DNA of 64,000 bases from Pseudomonadota bacterium. Its GTDB lineage: Bacteria; UBA10199; 2-02-FULL-44-16; JAAZCA01. A program made the position numbers and the translations under genes. Shown here piece by piece: positions 8,920 to 20,501 of this stretch (its first letter is position 1; every line of letters begins with the position of its first letter). Under the pieces are notes generated by a model. It saw only the letters and a program-made list of their open reading frames with translations, was not told the DNA's origin and made no database searches. The DNA is taken from positions 21,150 through 85,149 of the forward strand of contig JAZDOG010000101.1 of assembly GCA_043798915.1 (NCBI GenBank), written 5' to 3'.

Positions 8920-11324
8920 ATGCGACCGGAGATGCGCGACATACTGCCCTCAGTGAGAAGCCCGTTCCGCTACATCGGCGGCGAGGTGGGGGCGCGTGCG
9001 AAGTCGTGGGACGCGGCGGACGTGCGGATATGCCTCGCCTTCCCGGAGGTATATGAGCTCGGGATGAGCCATCTGGGGCTCGCGATCCTCTATCATATTA
9101 TCAATGACCAGCCCCGGATGCTCGCCGACCGTGTCTTTGCCCCCTGGCATGACATGGAGGCGGAGCTTTCGCGCTGCAATGTCCCTCTCTTTGCGCTTGA
9201 GTCCGAGCGCCCCCTCTCGGAGTTCGACATCATAGGTTTTTCCCTGGGGTATGAGCTCACGTACACGAACGTCCTCAATATGCTGAAGCTGTCCGGCATC
9301 CCATTGCGTTCCGAAGAACGGTCTCGAGTCTCAGGTCTCGAGTCTCAAGTCCCGGTAATTATCGCCGGCGGCCCCTGCACGTTCAACCCGATGCCGATGT
9401 CTCCATTCTTCGACGCGATGGTCATCGGCGACGGCGAGGGTGCGATAATCGGAATAGCGAACGCTGTTGCGGAATGGAAGGGGAGCGATGTGCCGCGCCT
9501 TGCCCTCTTGAAGAAGCTGGCAACGATCAAGGGCGTCTATGTGCCTCTTATTCGAGACTCGAGTCCCGGCAAGGCCCACGTCTCCGATCTCGATTCAGCT
9601 CCATTTCCAGGTGTGCCCCTCGTCCCGCATGCCGCTACGCAGGAGCGCGTGGCGGTCGAGGTCGCTCGCGGCTGCGCGCGTGGTTGCCGGTTCTGCCAGG
9701 CCGGATACATCTACAGGCCGGTCAGGCAGCGCTCGGCTGCGCGCGCTGCGGGGCTCGCATGCGACGGGCTCATGGCGACGGGCAACGAGGATTTTTCGTT
9801 CCTCTCGCTCTCGATCGGCGACTGGCCGCCGCTCACGGAGGCGCTCCTCTCGGTGCATGACGGCATCGGGGGTCTCCCGGTCAACGCGTCGCTGCCCAGC
9901 CTGCGCGCCGAATCGCTCACACAGCCGGTGATCGATGCGCTCGGCCGCGCGCGGTCCGGCAGCTTCACGCTCGCGCCCGAGGCTGGCAGCGAGAGGATGA
10001 GGCGCTTCATCAACAAGGGCAACACGGACGACGACCTCTACGCATCGGCAGAAAAAGTTTTCAAGAGCGGCTGGCACGCGATCAAGCTCTATTTCATGAT
10101 CGGCCTGCCCGGAGAGACGCCGGACGATATCGAAGGGATCATCCGTATATCAAACCGTTGCCTCGACATCGGCAGGCGGCATTGCAGGCGCCCCGAGGTC
10201 ACGGTTTCAACATCGACGTTCGTTCCGAAGGCGCACACGCCATTTCAGTGGGAGAGGCAGATATCGATCGATGAGGCCCAGGCGATCCAGGGTGAGCTCA
10301 AAAGGCGCCTGAGGCGTCCCGGCCTTTTCTACAGGTGGCACGATGCCGGGATGAGTTTTCTGGAGGGGGTGTTCGCACGCGGCGGTCCCGAGATCGCTCG
10401 CGCCGTCGAACTGGCGCACGAGAAGGGGGCGCGCCTGGACGGCTGGGAGGAGTTCTTTGATCTGGCGAGATGGAGGGAGGCCTTTGCGGAGGCGGGGGTG
10501 GCGCCGGAGGCCTGTCTCGAGGCGCGCGACACCGACGCAGCGCTGACGTGGGATCATCTGGGCGTGGGTCCCTCGCGCGAGTTTCTGATCCGCGAGCGCG
10601 AGAAGGCCCATGCGCTAGAACCCACGGAGGATTGCACTATCGGAAAGTGCTCCGCGTGCGGGGTGTGCGATTTTGAAGAGGTGAAGAATAGAATTGTAGA
10701 TTCGACTGGAACTCGTTTCGAAACGCTGCGAGGGGTGACTCCTCCTGGGGAAGCTGGGGAGGGGAACCGACGCGCAAGCGGCGGGGAGGGGGTTTCCCCC
10801 TCCGAAGTTGCTTCCCAAGGAGGAGTCACCCCGAAGCAGCGCTATCGCTTTCGCTATCGCAAGATCGGCCGCGCCGCGTTCCTGGGTTCCATCGAGGCGC
10901 TGGACGCAATCCGCCGCGCGCTCAGGGCGTCGGGCCTCAAGCTCAACTACAGCGAGGGTTTTCATCCGCGCGCTAAAATAAGCGCAGGGCCGGCGCTTCC
11001 GGTGGGTATCGAGAGCGAGGCGGAGTTCATCGATGTCGAAATATGCGGCGGCGCCGATCCGGCCGATATCATGAGCCGGCTCGCGGGCCGCCTGCCGGAC
11101 GGGATGGAAATAGCCGAGGCGGGCGCGCTTGCACCGCCGTACAGTTCCATAGAGGGATCGATAGCCTCGACCAATTACGAGGTTTACCTCCAAGGCGGCA
11201 GCGTGATAAGGGTCTCCATCCTGAACGCAAAGCCTCTGAAAAAAATCAAGGATGTGCTGGCTGAGGAGCATGGCCTGGACGGCGATGCGCTCAAATCGGC
11301 GATAATAAGAAAGGTCGGAATAGA

Positions 11325-11343
<19 letters not shown>
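8920..11343 (+). CDS. TIGR03960-type B12-binding radical SAM protein fused to a TIGR03936/DUF2344-type domain
   Basis: 'FPEVYELGMSHLG', CxxxCxxC 'CARGCRFC', 'CSACGVC', C-terminal 'YSEGFHPRAKIS...ALPVGIESEAE'; directly upstream of rng. Confidence 0.9.
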
Positions 11344-12851
<1,508 letters not shown>

Positions 12852-12930
12852 GTTGACTTTGAGGAGGGGGATGGGCTAGGTAACCCCGCTCATTGGGCGC
12901 ATAAACGTGTCAGAAATAAAGGAGTTTACC

Positions 12931-13242
12931 GTGTACGCGGTCATAAAAACAGGCGGCAAGCAATACAGGGTGACCGAGGGGATGAACCTCAAGGTCGAAA
13001 AACTCGAAGGCGACATCGGGGCCAAGCTCTCGCTCGATGAGGTTCTCATGGTCGGCGGCGACGGTGAGCCGAAGATCGGCACCCCCCTGGTCTCGGGCGT
13101 TGCGGTCGCGGCCGAGGTCGTGAAACAGGCCAAGGACAAAAAGATCCTCGTTTATAAAAAAGAGCGGCGGAAGGGCTATGAAAAGAAATATGGCCACCGC
13201 CAGCAATATACGGAACTCAAGATAACGAAGATCAATGCATGA
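12931..13242 (+). CDS. rplU: 50S ribosomal protein L21
   Basis: 'YAVIKTGGKQYRV...GHRQQYT'; AAGGAG precedes the GTG start. Confidence 0.97.
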   Translation: MYAVIKTGGKQYRVTEGMNLKVEKLEGDIGAKLSLDEVLMVGGDGEPKIGTPLVSGVAVAAEVVKQAKDKKILVYKKERRKGYEKKYGHRQQYTELKITKINA

Positions 13243-13262
13243 CAGCATGAGTGGAGTGAGCG

Positions 13263-13526
13263 ATGGCACATAAAAAATCAGGCGGTGCAGCGAAGAACGG
13301 CCGCGACAGCCACGGCCAGAGGCGCGGCGTCAAGCGCTATGCGGGCCAGTTCGTGAAATCCGGCAACATCATAGTCAGGCAGTGCGGCACGCGCGTCCAT
13401 CCTGGAAAGAACGTAGGTTTGGGCAAGGACTATACGATCTACGCGACGGCCGACGGAATAGTCGAATACAAGCGCGGCCGGAATGATCGCAATTTTGTGA
13501 GCATCATCCCGCAGATAAGTGAATGA
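13263..13526 (+). CDS. rpmA: 50S ribosomal protein L27
   Basis: '[16 protein letters not shown]...[10 protein letters not shown]'. Confidence 0.97.
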   Translation: MAHKKSGGAAKNGRDSHGQRRGVKRYAGQFVKSGNIIVRQCGTRVHPGKNVGLGKDYTIYATADGIVEYKRGRNDRNFVSIIPQISE

Positions 13527-13554
13527 TGACATTGGCGCATGACTGAATAAGTCG

Positions 13555-13582
13555 AAACCCTCTGGCATCCAGAGGGTTTTTT
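13555..13582 (+). terminator. Intrinsic terminator between rpmA and obgE
   Basis: Stem-loop aaaccctctgg-cat-ccagagggttt running into a T-tract. Confidence 0.75.
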
Positions 13583-13591
13583 ATTTAAAAT

Positions 13592-14596
13592 ATGAAATTC
13601 ATAGACGAAGCCATAGTTGAAGTCATTGCCGGCGACGGCGGCAAAGGGTGCGCGAGCTTCCGGAGGGAGAAGTACGTCCCGAAGGGCGGGCCCGATGGCG
13701 GCGACGGCGGGCGCGGCGGCAGCGTGATCTTCCGCACGGATGGCGGGCTCACCACGCTCATGGATGTGAAGTTTCGCCACCGTTTCAAGGCCCAGAGCGG
13801 CGGGTACGGCAAGGGAAAACAGATGACGGGTTTAAGCGGGGAGGATGTTGTCATTCGAATTCCGGTCGGCACGGTCGTCTTCGATGACGATAGCGGCGAG
13901 GTGCTCTTCGACCTCGACAGGAAAGGGGCCGACTGGATCGCGGCAAAGGGCGGCAAGGGCGGCCTGGGCAACATGCACTTCGCATCATCGACCCATCAGG
14001 CGCCGCGGGAATTCACCGAGGGCAGGAAGGGAGAGCAGAGGCGCTTGAGGCTCGAGCTCAAACTTCTCGCGGACGTGGGGCTCGTGGGGCTTCCAAACGC
14101 TGGCAAGTCGACGCTCATCTCGTCTGTTTCAAACGCGCGGCCGAAGATCGCAGATTATCCGTTCACGACAATAACTCCGTGTCTGGGCCTCGTGAAATTC
14201 TCCGAGGAACAAAGCTTCGTGATGGCCGATATTCCCGGCCTCATCGAGGGCGCGCACGATGGCGCGGGGATGGGGGTCCAGTTTTTAAAGCACATCGAAC
14301 GGACGCGGGTGCTCGTCCATCTGATCGACGTTACAGATCCTGCCCATCCGGACCCGGTGAAGAGTTATAAGACCATTCGCCGGGAGCTTAAATCGTTCAA
14401 GGCAGATATTACAAAACGTCCGGAGATCGTCGTCCTGACGAAGATGGATATCACGGAGGCGCGCGAGGTGTGCGACGATGTGAAGAAGAAGCTGAAAAAA
14501 GCCGGCGCAAAAAAAGTGCTGGCGGTCTCCGCACCGGTGCACGAGGGGCTGACCGCGCTGCTCGGGGAGATTGCGAAATCGCTGTCAAAAGGTTAA
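13592..14596 (+). CDS. obgE: GTPase ObgE/CgtA
   Basis: 'FRREKYVPKGGPDGGDGG', 'GLPNAGKST', 'YPFTT', 'DIPG', 'TKMD'. Confidence 0.97.
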   Translation: MKFIDEAIVEVIAGDGGKGCASFRREKYVPKGGPDGGDGGRGGSVIFRTDGGLTTLMDVKFRHRFKAQSGGYGKGKQMTGLSGEDVVIRIPVGTVVFDDDSGEVLFDLDRKGADWIAAKGGKGGLGNMHFASSTHQAPREFTEGRKGEQRRLRLELKLLADVGLVGLPNAGKSTLISSVSNARPKIADYPFTTITPCLGLVKFSEEQSFVMADIPGLIEGAHDGAGMGVQFLKHIERTRVLVHLIDVTDPAHPDPVKSYKTIRRELKSFKADITKRPEIVVLTKMDITEAREVCDDVKKKLKKAGAKKVLAVSAPVHEGLTALLGEIAKSLSKG

Positions 14597-14631
14597 TATG
14601 CTACAGATTATTTCAAAAGGATGAGCCATCT

Positions 14632-15003
14632 ATGAAAAAAGAAAAGTTTGCCACATCCCGCGCGCTGGCGAAGAGGATCGCAGAGATCGCCGATGACCAC
14701 AAGGCGGTCGACATCGTCGTCCTCGATCTCAAGAAGCTCACGAGCTTCACGGATTACTTCGTCATAGCCAGCGGCGCGTCGGATCGCCAGGTGCAGTCGG
14801 TCGCCGGCGCGATATCGGAGGAGCTCAAAAAAGCTGGCAGACGCCCTTTGGGCGAAGAGGGTTTAGGGAGCGGACAGTGGGCGCTCATCGACTATGGCGA
14901 GGTCGTCGCGCACATCTTCTATCACGAAGAACGCGATCACTATCAGCTCGAAAAGCTTTGGCACGATGCCCCGCGCGTCGTCTTCAAGGGGATAAATTCG
15001 TAG
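14632..15003 (+). CDS. rsfS: Ribosome silencing factor
   Basis: 'KAVDIVVLD...TDYFVIASG...WALIDYGEVVAHIF...Y.LEKLW'. Confidence 0.95.
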   Translation: MKKEKFATSRALAKRIAEIADDHKAVDIVVLDLKKLTSFTDYFVIASGASDRQVQSVAGAISEELKKAGRRPLGEEGLGSGQWALIDYGEVVAHIFYHEERDHYQLEKLWHDAPRVVFKGINS

Positions 15004-15097
15004 ATGAGTTACAAAATTCGCTTGACAGCGATCCCCGCTTTGTACTAGTAGGCCGCCTCTTGTTGGCAGTGCCCTGAAAAAGTCTGCAAAAAACCAC

Positions 15098-15124
15098 GCA
15101 ACTTTTTTGAGAAACGGACGATAC
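15098..15124 (+). promoter_or_regulatory. Putative sigma-28 (FliA/WhiG)-like promoter
   Basis: GCAACTTT-N11-GACGATAC; same motif and spacing as at 25041-25067. Confidence 0.55.
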
Positions 15125-15200
15125 ATGGGTTCTCCTCCGCGTTGAGGAGGCCAGCCAACCAGTCAAATAGTGCGAATCAACCGCAGAGGAGGATGTGATC

Positions 15201-16610
15201 ATGGGTAAGGAATCAATGGGACCAGTGGAAAGACTTGTGCCAGGCGTTTTAAGGGCGTCTCATTTGCCCAATTCGCTGGGTGAGCACGATGCGGATAAAG
15301 TCAACGCAGCTTTGGATGCGCTCGGGTGGGGGGATACCGCCATCAGAACGGTCGATGAGTTTCTTGAATCCAATCGCAGGGCGTGGACGCCTGCGGGGTT
15401 GAAGCGTCTGTCATCGCGCAGATCCTCTGTTTCTGACGCTCAGGGATTCTCTTTTTCTGGCGCTCAGCGGCGATTCTGGATGGCAGCGATTCCAGGCCTT
15501 CCGGAGTCCGGCCATGTGGATGGACGGCATTATACATTATCTTCTCTCCTCAGTGCTAAAATCCCCCAAGGCGCCTTTGCAGCGATGCTGAGGGATGTTT
15601 TGAAGCAACGGTTTAAGGGCGATATTTTTGCTATGGGTGCGACGCTGGGAATGAGAGATGAAAAAGGGAAAATTTCTCCGGACCGTCTGGCTGAGTTGGA
15701 AGGGTATATGTCTGGCAATAAACTCCCTGAGAAATATGCCAAGGTGGTGAATCTTTCCAGAATATTCAATGTGGATGAGGCTGACAGATTCACCTATGCC
15801 TGGCTCTCCGATGCCTACAGGGCTTCTGGGGGCTTCGTTTCCAGGCCGCGCCCTGAAGCGGTGCGCTTTGAAATCCTCCTCTTTGCGGTGCCCAGGATGC
15901 TGGGCACCGAGGGTTTTGATATCAGCGACGGAATAACGCCTGAGCTCATCGGCAGTGTCATGTTAAATGCCGAGCGAGCTGGTTTTGACATGAACAAGGT
16001 TTCCAATGTTGTGCACCAATATGCTTCCCTTTTCCCCGCATTGGCGGCCTACCGGCCGCAGGTGCGCAAGAGAGGGCCATTATTAGGTGCGCTGATGACC
16101 GCCTTCGGCGCTTCGGCGGGGGTGGTGCTGGAGAAGGGGCCGGCCGCGGCGAAATCGGTCGCGGCGCTGGAGGATGAGGACGACGCCCCCATTGAGGTCG
16201 TTACCGATTCTGAAACGTTTAGGTCGGTTCGCAGATATGCTTCGGTGCGTGACCTGGTTGAACATCTTAAATCCACCTTCGAGAGGGACGTCGTAAGATT
16301 ATTTGGCATGTCTTTTCCGCAGATATGGAAAAATATTATAGACGGGAACAGACAGGACCTTGTGCGGCGCGCCTTGAAGGTAGCGGCGTGCGAATCGACA
16401 ACACGACAAATTGCGCTCTTGCGTTTCAAGATAGCGCTGCTTCAAATGGCCAAAGCGGACGGGCTTACGCATCATCACCCTTCGGCTGCCGCGCGTGCGC
16501 ACCTTGAAAACTCTGGCGAAGGCGCTGCTGCTGATGAGGCTCAGGCTGCTGCGGCTCAGGCGGCTGTTGCGGCGCCTGCGGGGGCAGTTGTTCCAGTGCC
16601 AGCGTTATAG
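15201..16610 (+). CDS. Orphan hypothetical protein with Ala-rich tail
   Basis: Long ORF with GAGGAGG RBS and its own terminator; no family recognised. Confidence 0.75.
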   Translation: MGKESMGPVERLVPGVLRASHLPNSLGEHDADKVNAALDALGWGDTAIRTVDEFLESNRRAWTPAGLKRLSSRRSSVSDAQGFSFSGAQRRFWMAAIPGLPESGHVDGRHYTLSSLLSAKIPQGAFAAMLRDVLKQRFKGDIFAMGATLGMRDEKGKISPDRLAELEGYMSGNKLPEKYAKVVNLSRIFNVDEADRFTYAWLSDAYRASGGFVSRPRPEAVRFEILLFAVPRMLGTEGFDISDGITPELIGSVMLNAERAGFDMNKVSNVVHQYASLFPALAAYRPQVRKRGPLLGALMTAFGASAGVVLEKGPAAAKSVAALEDEDDAPIEVVTDSETFRSVRRYASVRDLVEHLKSTFERDVVRLFGMSFPQIWKNIIDGNRQDLVRRALKVAACESTTRQIALLRFKIALLQMAKADGLTHHHPSAAARAHLENSGEGAAADEAQAAAAQAAVAAPAGAVVPVPAL

Positions 16611-16625
16611 GAGCTTGAATTCACA

Positions 16626-16671
16626 GGCCGGCCCTCCCCTGGATCCGTCGAAAGGGAGGGCCGGTTTTTTT
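16626..16671 (+). terminator. Intrinsic terminator
   Basis: ccggccctccc...gggagggccgg followed by a T-run. Confidence 0.75.
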
Positions 16672-16696
16672 ATGGCCGTGAAGCGGCGCATGTGCT

Positions 16697-17383
16697 TTGC
16701 TTTCCGGCATGCTTCTCAAGACGCTCAGACGCGCTGCGGGTTTCGCCGCCGATGCGCTCTATCCGCCGCGGTGCCCGCTCTGCGATGCGTTCGTGGCCGC
16801 GCGCGACGAGCCATGTGAAGATTGCTCCGCTTCCCTCAATATCCTCGAAGCCGATGCCTGCCTTTTGCATCTTTCCCGCAGCTGGTTTTTGCGCTGCCGC
16901 TCCCGCTTTGCGTATGACGGTCCGATCAGGAATGCGCTCCAAGGTTTCAAATATGGCGAGAGGCTCGATCTCTTGAGATTTTTGACCGCGGCGCTTGCGG
17001 AGGAAGCCCGCCGGATGGGCGGGCTGAACCTCGTGGTTCCCGTTCCCCTGCATCCGAAGAGGCTCGGAAACCGCGGTTTCAACCAGTCCGCGCTCCTTGC
17101 CACGAGGCTGGGAAAAATATCTGGCGCGCAGGTCGAACTGGGCGCCCTCCTGCGCACGCGCGACATAGCGCCTCAGGTCGGCCTCGAGAGGGCGGAGCGG
17201 ATGGAAAATGTGAAGGGGGCATTCGCGGTCGATGAGAAGCGGACTGCGAAGATAGCTCTGAGAGACATCCTCCTCATCGACGACGTCCTCACCACCGGCG
17301 CCACCGTCAACGAGTGCGCTCGCGCCCTCATGAAATCCGGCGCGAATTCCGTATCCGTCCTCACAGTTGCGCGAACACTGTGA
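16697..17383 (+). CDS. comF: ComF family protein (zinc ribbon + PRTase)
   Basis: 'YPPRCPLC', 'VPVPLH...RGFNQS', 'LLIDDVLTTGAT'. Confidence 0.9.
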   Translation: MLSGMLLKTLRRAAGFAADALYPPRCPLCDAFVAARDEPCEDCSASLNILEADACLLHLSRSWFLRCRSRFAYDGPIRNALQGFKYGERLDLLRFLTAALAEEARRMGGLNLVVPVPLHPKRLGNRGFNQSALLATRLGKISGAQVELGALLRTRDIAPQVGLERAERMENVKGAFAVDEKRTAKIALRDILLIDDVLTTGATVNECARALMKSGANSVSVLTVARTL

Positions 17384-17450
17384 AGGAGGCATCTCATATT
17401 GACTGTCGTTGGGCGTCCGTGCTATCTTGGCGTAAATTCAGGGGAATATC

Positions 17451-18266
17451 GTGAATGACATTTTAAAAATAATGGAGGATCTGGCCAGGCGCGCGGGCAG
17501 GATCCAAATGGAGCGCCTGGGGCACGCCCATAAGATCGAGTACAAGGGCTCGATCAACCTCGTCACAGAGGTCGATCACGAATGCGAAGAGCTGATCGTC
17601 TCCGGCATCCAGAAGAATTTTCCCGGCGACGATTTTTTGGCGGAAGAGGGGACTGTTGGTCACCCTCCCCTTCATCCCCTCCCATCGAGGGAGGGGAAAA
17701 AGAGTAAATGGATCATCGACCCGCTCGACGGCACGGTCAACTACGCTCACGGTTTTCCTTTTTTCTGCGTTTCCATTGCGCTCGAGCGCGATGGAGAGCT
17801 CGCGGCAGGCGTGATATACGACCCGAACCGCGACGAGCTTTTTGCTGCGGAAAAAGGCCGCGGGGCGACGATGAACGGGGCGCATATCCGCGTGTCGGCA
17901 GCGCCCATCCTCAAGCAGTCGCTCCTGGCCACCGGATTTGCCTATCACGACTACAACGCTGGTTCAAACGAGCCGGTGGCAAACTTCGACAACTTCGAAA
18001 ACTTCGTGAGGCGCTCGCGCGCCGTCCGCCGACCCGGATCCGCCGCGACCGATCTGGCGTGGGCCGCATGCGGCCGGATCGACGGCTTCTGGGAACTCTA
18101 TCTCAAACCATGGGATATGGCTGCCGGCGCCGTGATCATCCGGGAGGCAGGGGGCAGCGTGACAGCGTTTGACGGCGGCCCGTTCGACCTGTATGGTGAC
18201 GAAATCCTGGCATCGAATGGCAGGATACATGATGAGATGATCGAAGTGCTTAAGGCAAAGAGATGA
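17451..18266 (+). CDS. suhB: Inositol monophosphatase
   Basis: 'WIIDPLDGTVNY', 'GSAATDL', 'WDMAAG'. Confidence 0.92.
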   Translation: MNDILKIMEDLARRAGRIQMERLGHAHKIEYKGSINLVTEVDHECEELIVSGIQKNFPGDDFLAEEGTVGHPPLHPLPSREGKKSKWIIDPLDGTVNYAHGFPFFCVSIALERDGELAAGVIYDPNRDELFAAEKGRGATMNGAHIRVSAAPILKQSLLATGFAYHDYNAGSNEPVANFDNFENFVRRSRAVRRPGSAATDLAWAACGRIDGFWELYLKPWDMAAGAVIIREAGGSVTAFDGGPFDLYGDEILASNGRIHDEMIEVLKAKR

Positions 18267-18928
18267 TCGATCCGAATAAAAAAGATCCCACGTCGGTTTC
18301 GCCTTCGGATGTCTGCTACAGGGCCTTCGAGCTCATGGCCGCAAAGCAGTACGTCGATGCGGAGAAGCTCCTGGCGGCCAACATGTCGCGCTCCGACGAC
18401 GACGCAGCAATCGCCCTCTACCATTCCGCGATGGGGGTCCTCTTCAAGATGCAGGGGGAGTATAAGACCGCCTGGAAGCACTACGAGCGCGCCGAGAAAC
18501 TCCTCCCGGATGACCCTGCGCTCAAGATCATCTCGGCCAGGCTCCTCATCGAACAGTTCGCCGAGTACGGTCAGGCGATAAAGAGGGCGAAGAAGGTCCT
18601 TGATCTGATACCCGGCAACCCCGTTTTCGCGCATCAGGCCTATACCACCATGGGGCTCGCCCACATCCGCAAGGGCGACAGGAAGAAGGCGGTGAAGATG
18701 CTGGGTCTCTCGCAGTGCGATGACTTCAGGGGGTTCGTCTCAGCGAAGAACGTCGACTTCGGGCTCGTCGAGGCGCTCGTCAAGCGCGGCGTCGGCATCG
18801 AGGCGTGCAGGGTCTTTCTCACGAAGGCGAAGGCCTTTGCCGAAGCGACGCGGGAGCAGCAATATATAAATCTCCTCGACCGGATGCTCGCTGCCTTCGA
18901 CACAGAATATTCCTCCAAAGAAATATGA
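18263..18928 (+). CDS. TPR-repeat protein
   Basis: TPR-like helices such as 'MGVLFKMQGEYKTAWKHYERAEKLLPDD'; overlaps both neighbours by ATGA. Confidence 0.7.
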   Translation: MIDPNKKDPTSVSPSDVCYRAFELMAAKQYVDAEKLLAANMSRSDDDAAIALYHSAMGVLFKMQGEYKTAWKHYERAEKLLPDDPALKIISARLLIEQFAEYGQAIKRAKKVLDLIPGNPVFAHQAYTTMGLAHIRKGDRKKAVKMLGLSQCDDFRGFVSAKNVDFGLVEALVKRGVGIEACRVFLTKAKAFAEATREQQYINLLDRMLAAFDTEYSSKEI

Positions 18929-20316
18929 CTCAAGCCAGGCTGATAGACACCCACGCCCACCTCACATTTCCGGAGTTCGACTCGGACCGCGCCGCGGTCC
19001 TTGAGCGCGCATGGGAGACGGGCCTCGATGACATTGTCCTCGTCGGCGCCGGCGAGGGGTTGGAAGGCAACGCGCGCGCGCTTGAGCTCGCCCGCACGGA
19101 CGAGCGCCTCTTCGCGATCGTGGGCGTGCATCCGCACGACGCGGGGAAGATGGAGGTCTCGTGGCTGGGGGAGCTGGAAAAGTTCGCTGCGGACGAGAAG
19201 GTGGTGGCGATCGGCGAGGTCGGGCTCGATTATCACCACAAGGAAACCGATCCGGATGTCCAGCGTAAATGTTTCAGGGGGATGCTCGCCCTGGCGGAAA
19301 GGGCGGGCAAGCCCGTCGTCATACACGATCGCGAGGCGCACGACGACGTGTGGCGGATCATCGAGGAGGTCGGCGTCCCGAAGCGGGGCGGCCTCTTCCA
19401 TTGCTTCTCCGGGGATTCCAGGTTTGCCGGCTGCGTGACGGAGGCAGGTTTTCATATCTCCATTCCCGGGGTGGTGACGTTTAAAAACGCGAGGATCCTT
19501 CAGGAGGTGGTAGCCGACATTCCGCTCGAGCGCATGGTGATAGAGACGGACTGCCCCTTTCTCGCCCCGGAGCCGCACAGGGGAAAGCGGAACGAGCCGG
19601 CCTTCGTCTCTCTGGTGGCGAAGAAGATCGCCGAGATCAAGGGGCTCTATCCCGAAGATGTCGCGCGCGTGACGACCTTGAACGCCAGGCGCCTCTTCGG
19701 TCTGCCCGGCTGCGAGCTCGAGCCCCACATCGCCTATCGGATCCGCAATTCGCTCTATCTGAACATCACTAACAGGTGCAATCTCGCCTGCCGCTTCTGC
19801 CCGAAGTTCACCGACTACGAGGTGAAGGGATATTACCTGAGGCTCCACACCGAGCCGGACGTCGAACAGATATTCCAGGCGATGGGCCAGCCCGAGAACT
19901 ACGACGAGGTCGTCTTCTGCGGGTACGGCGAGCCGACGCTACGCATCGAGGTGCTCAAGGCCATCGCAAAGCGCATGAAGGAGAAGGGGGTCGCCAGAGT
20001 CCGGCTCAACACCGACGGGCTGGCGTGTCTCCTCTATGGGCGCAACGTCCTTCTGGAGCTCGCCGGGCTCATCGACGCCGTCTCCGTCTCGCTCAATGCC
20101 TCCGATGCAGAGACCTACACGAATAATTGCCCTTCCAGATTCGGGCTCGATGCGTACAATGCTGTCTGCGCGTTCATCGCGGAAGCGAAGCGCCACATCC
20201 CGGAGGTTACAGCGTCGATCGTCGCGCTTCCGGGCATCGATGTCGAGGCGTGCCGCAGGAAGGCCGCGGAGCTGGGAGTGCCTCTGCGCGTGAGAGAATA
20301 CATGAATGTTGGGTGA
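18925..20316 (+). CDS. TatD-family hydrolase fused to a TatD-associated radical SAM domain
   Basis: 'IDTHAH', 'GEVGLDY', 'ETDCPFL', then 'LYLNITNRCNLACRFC' and 'VVFCGYGEPT'. Confidence 0.9.
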   Translation: MTQARLIDTHAHLTFPEFDSDRAAVLERAWETGLDDIVLVGAGEGLEGNARALELARTDERLFAIVGVHPHDAGKMEVSWLGELEKFAADEKVVAIGEVGLDYHHKETDPDVQRKCFRGMLALAERAGKPVVIHDREAHDDVWRIIEEVGVPKRGGLFHCFSGDSRFAGCVTEAGFHISIPGVVTFKNARILQEVVADIPLERMVIETDCPFLAPEPHRGKRNEPAFVSLVAKKIAEIKGLYPEDVARVTTLNARRLFGLPGCELEPHIAYRIRNSLYLNITNRCNLACRFCPKFTDYEVKGYYLRLHTEPDVEQIFQAMGQPENYDEVVFCGYGEPTLRIEVLKAIAKRMKEKGVARVRLNTDGLACLLYGRNVLLELAGLIDAVSVSLNASDAETYTNNCPSRFGLDAYNAVCAFIAEAKRHIPEVTASIVALPGIDVEACRRKAAELGVPLRVREYMNVG

Positions 20317-20340
20317 CTATTCAGTTCCGCTTAGCCAGGT

Positions 20341-20399
20341 TGTCATCCCAGCGGGTGTAAGCTGGGATCCAATGGATTCCTGCTTTCGCAGGAATGACA
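20341..20399. repeat. REP/dRS3-like double-hairpin element
   Basis: tgtcatcccagc...gctgggatcc-aat-ggattcctgc...gcaggaatgaca; a related half-element lies at about 5946-6010. Confidence 0.7.
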
Positions 20400-20447
20400 A
20401 ACAAGAAGCACCTGAATAGTTACTAAATTGATAAAGATAAAGGGAAC

Positions 20448-20479
20448 AAAAAAGGCGCCCCCAGGAGGGCGCCTCTTTT
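20448..20479 (-). terminator. Terminator (probably bidirectional) downstream of hup
   Basis: aaaaaggcgccc-ccagga-gggcgcctctttt. Confidence 0.7.
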
Positions 20480-20501
20480 GCAAACTCTTTGAGAGCAGGC
20501 T

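Noticed and set aside
18925..20316. TatD-radical SAM fusion as a novel protein or as the missing QatD
   Set aside because: This fusion is a known housekeeping arrangement, has host-like GC, and sits in the comF-suhB operon 15 kb from qatC.
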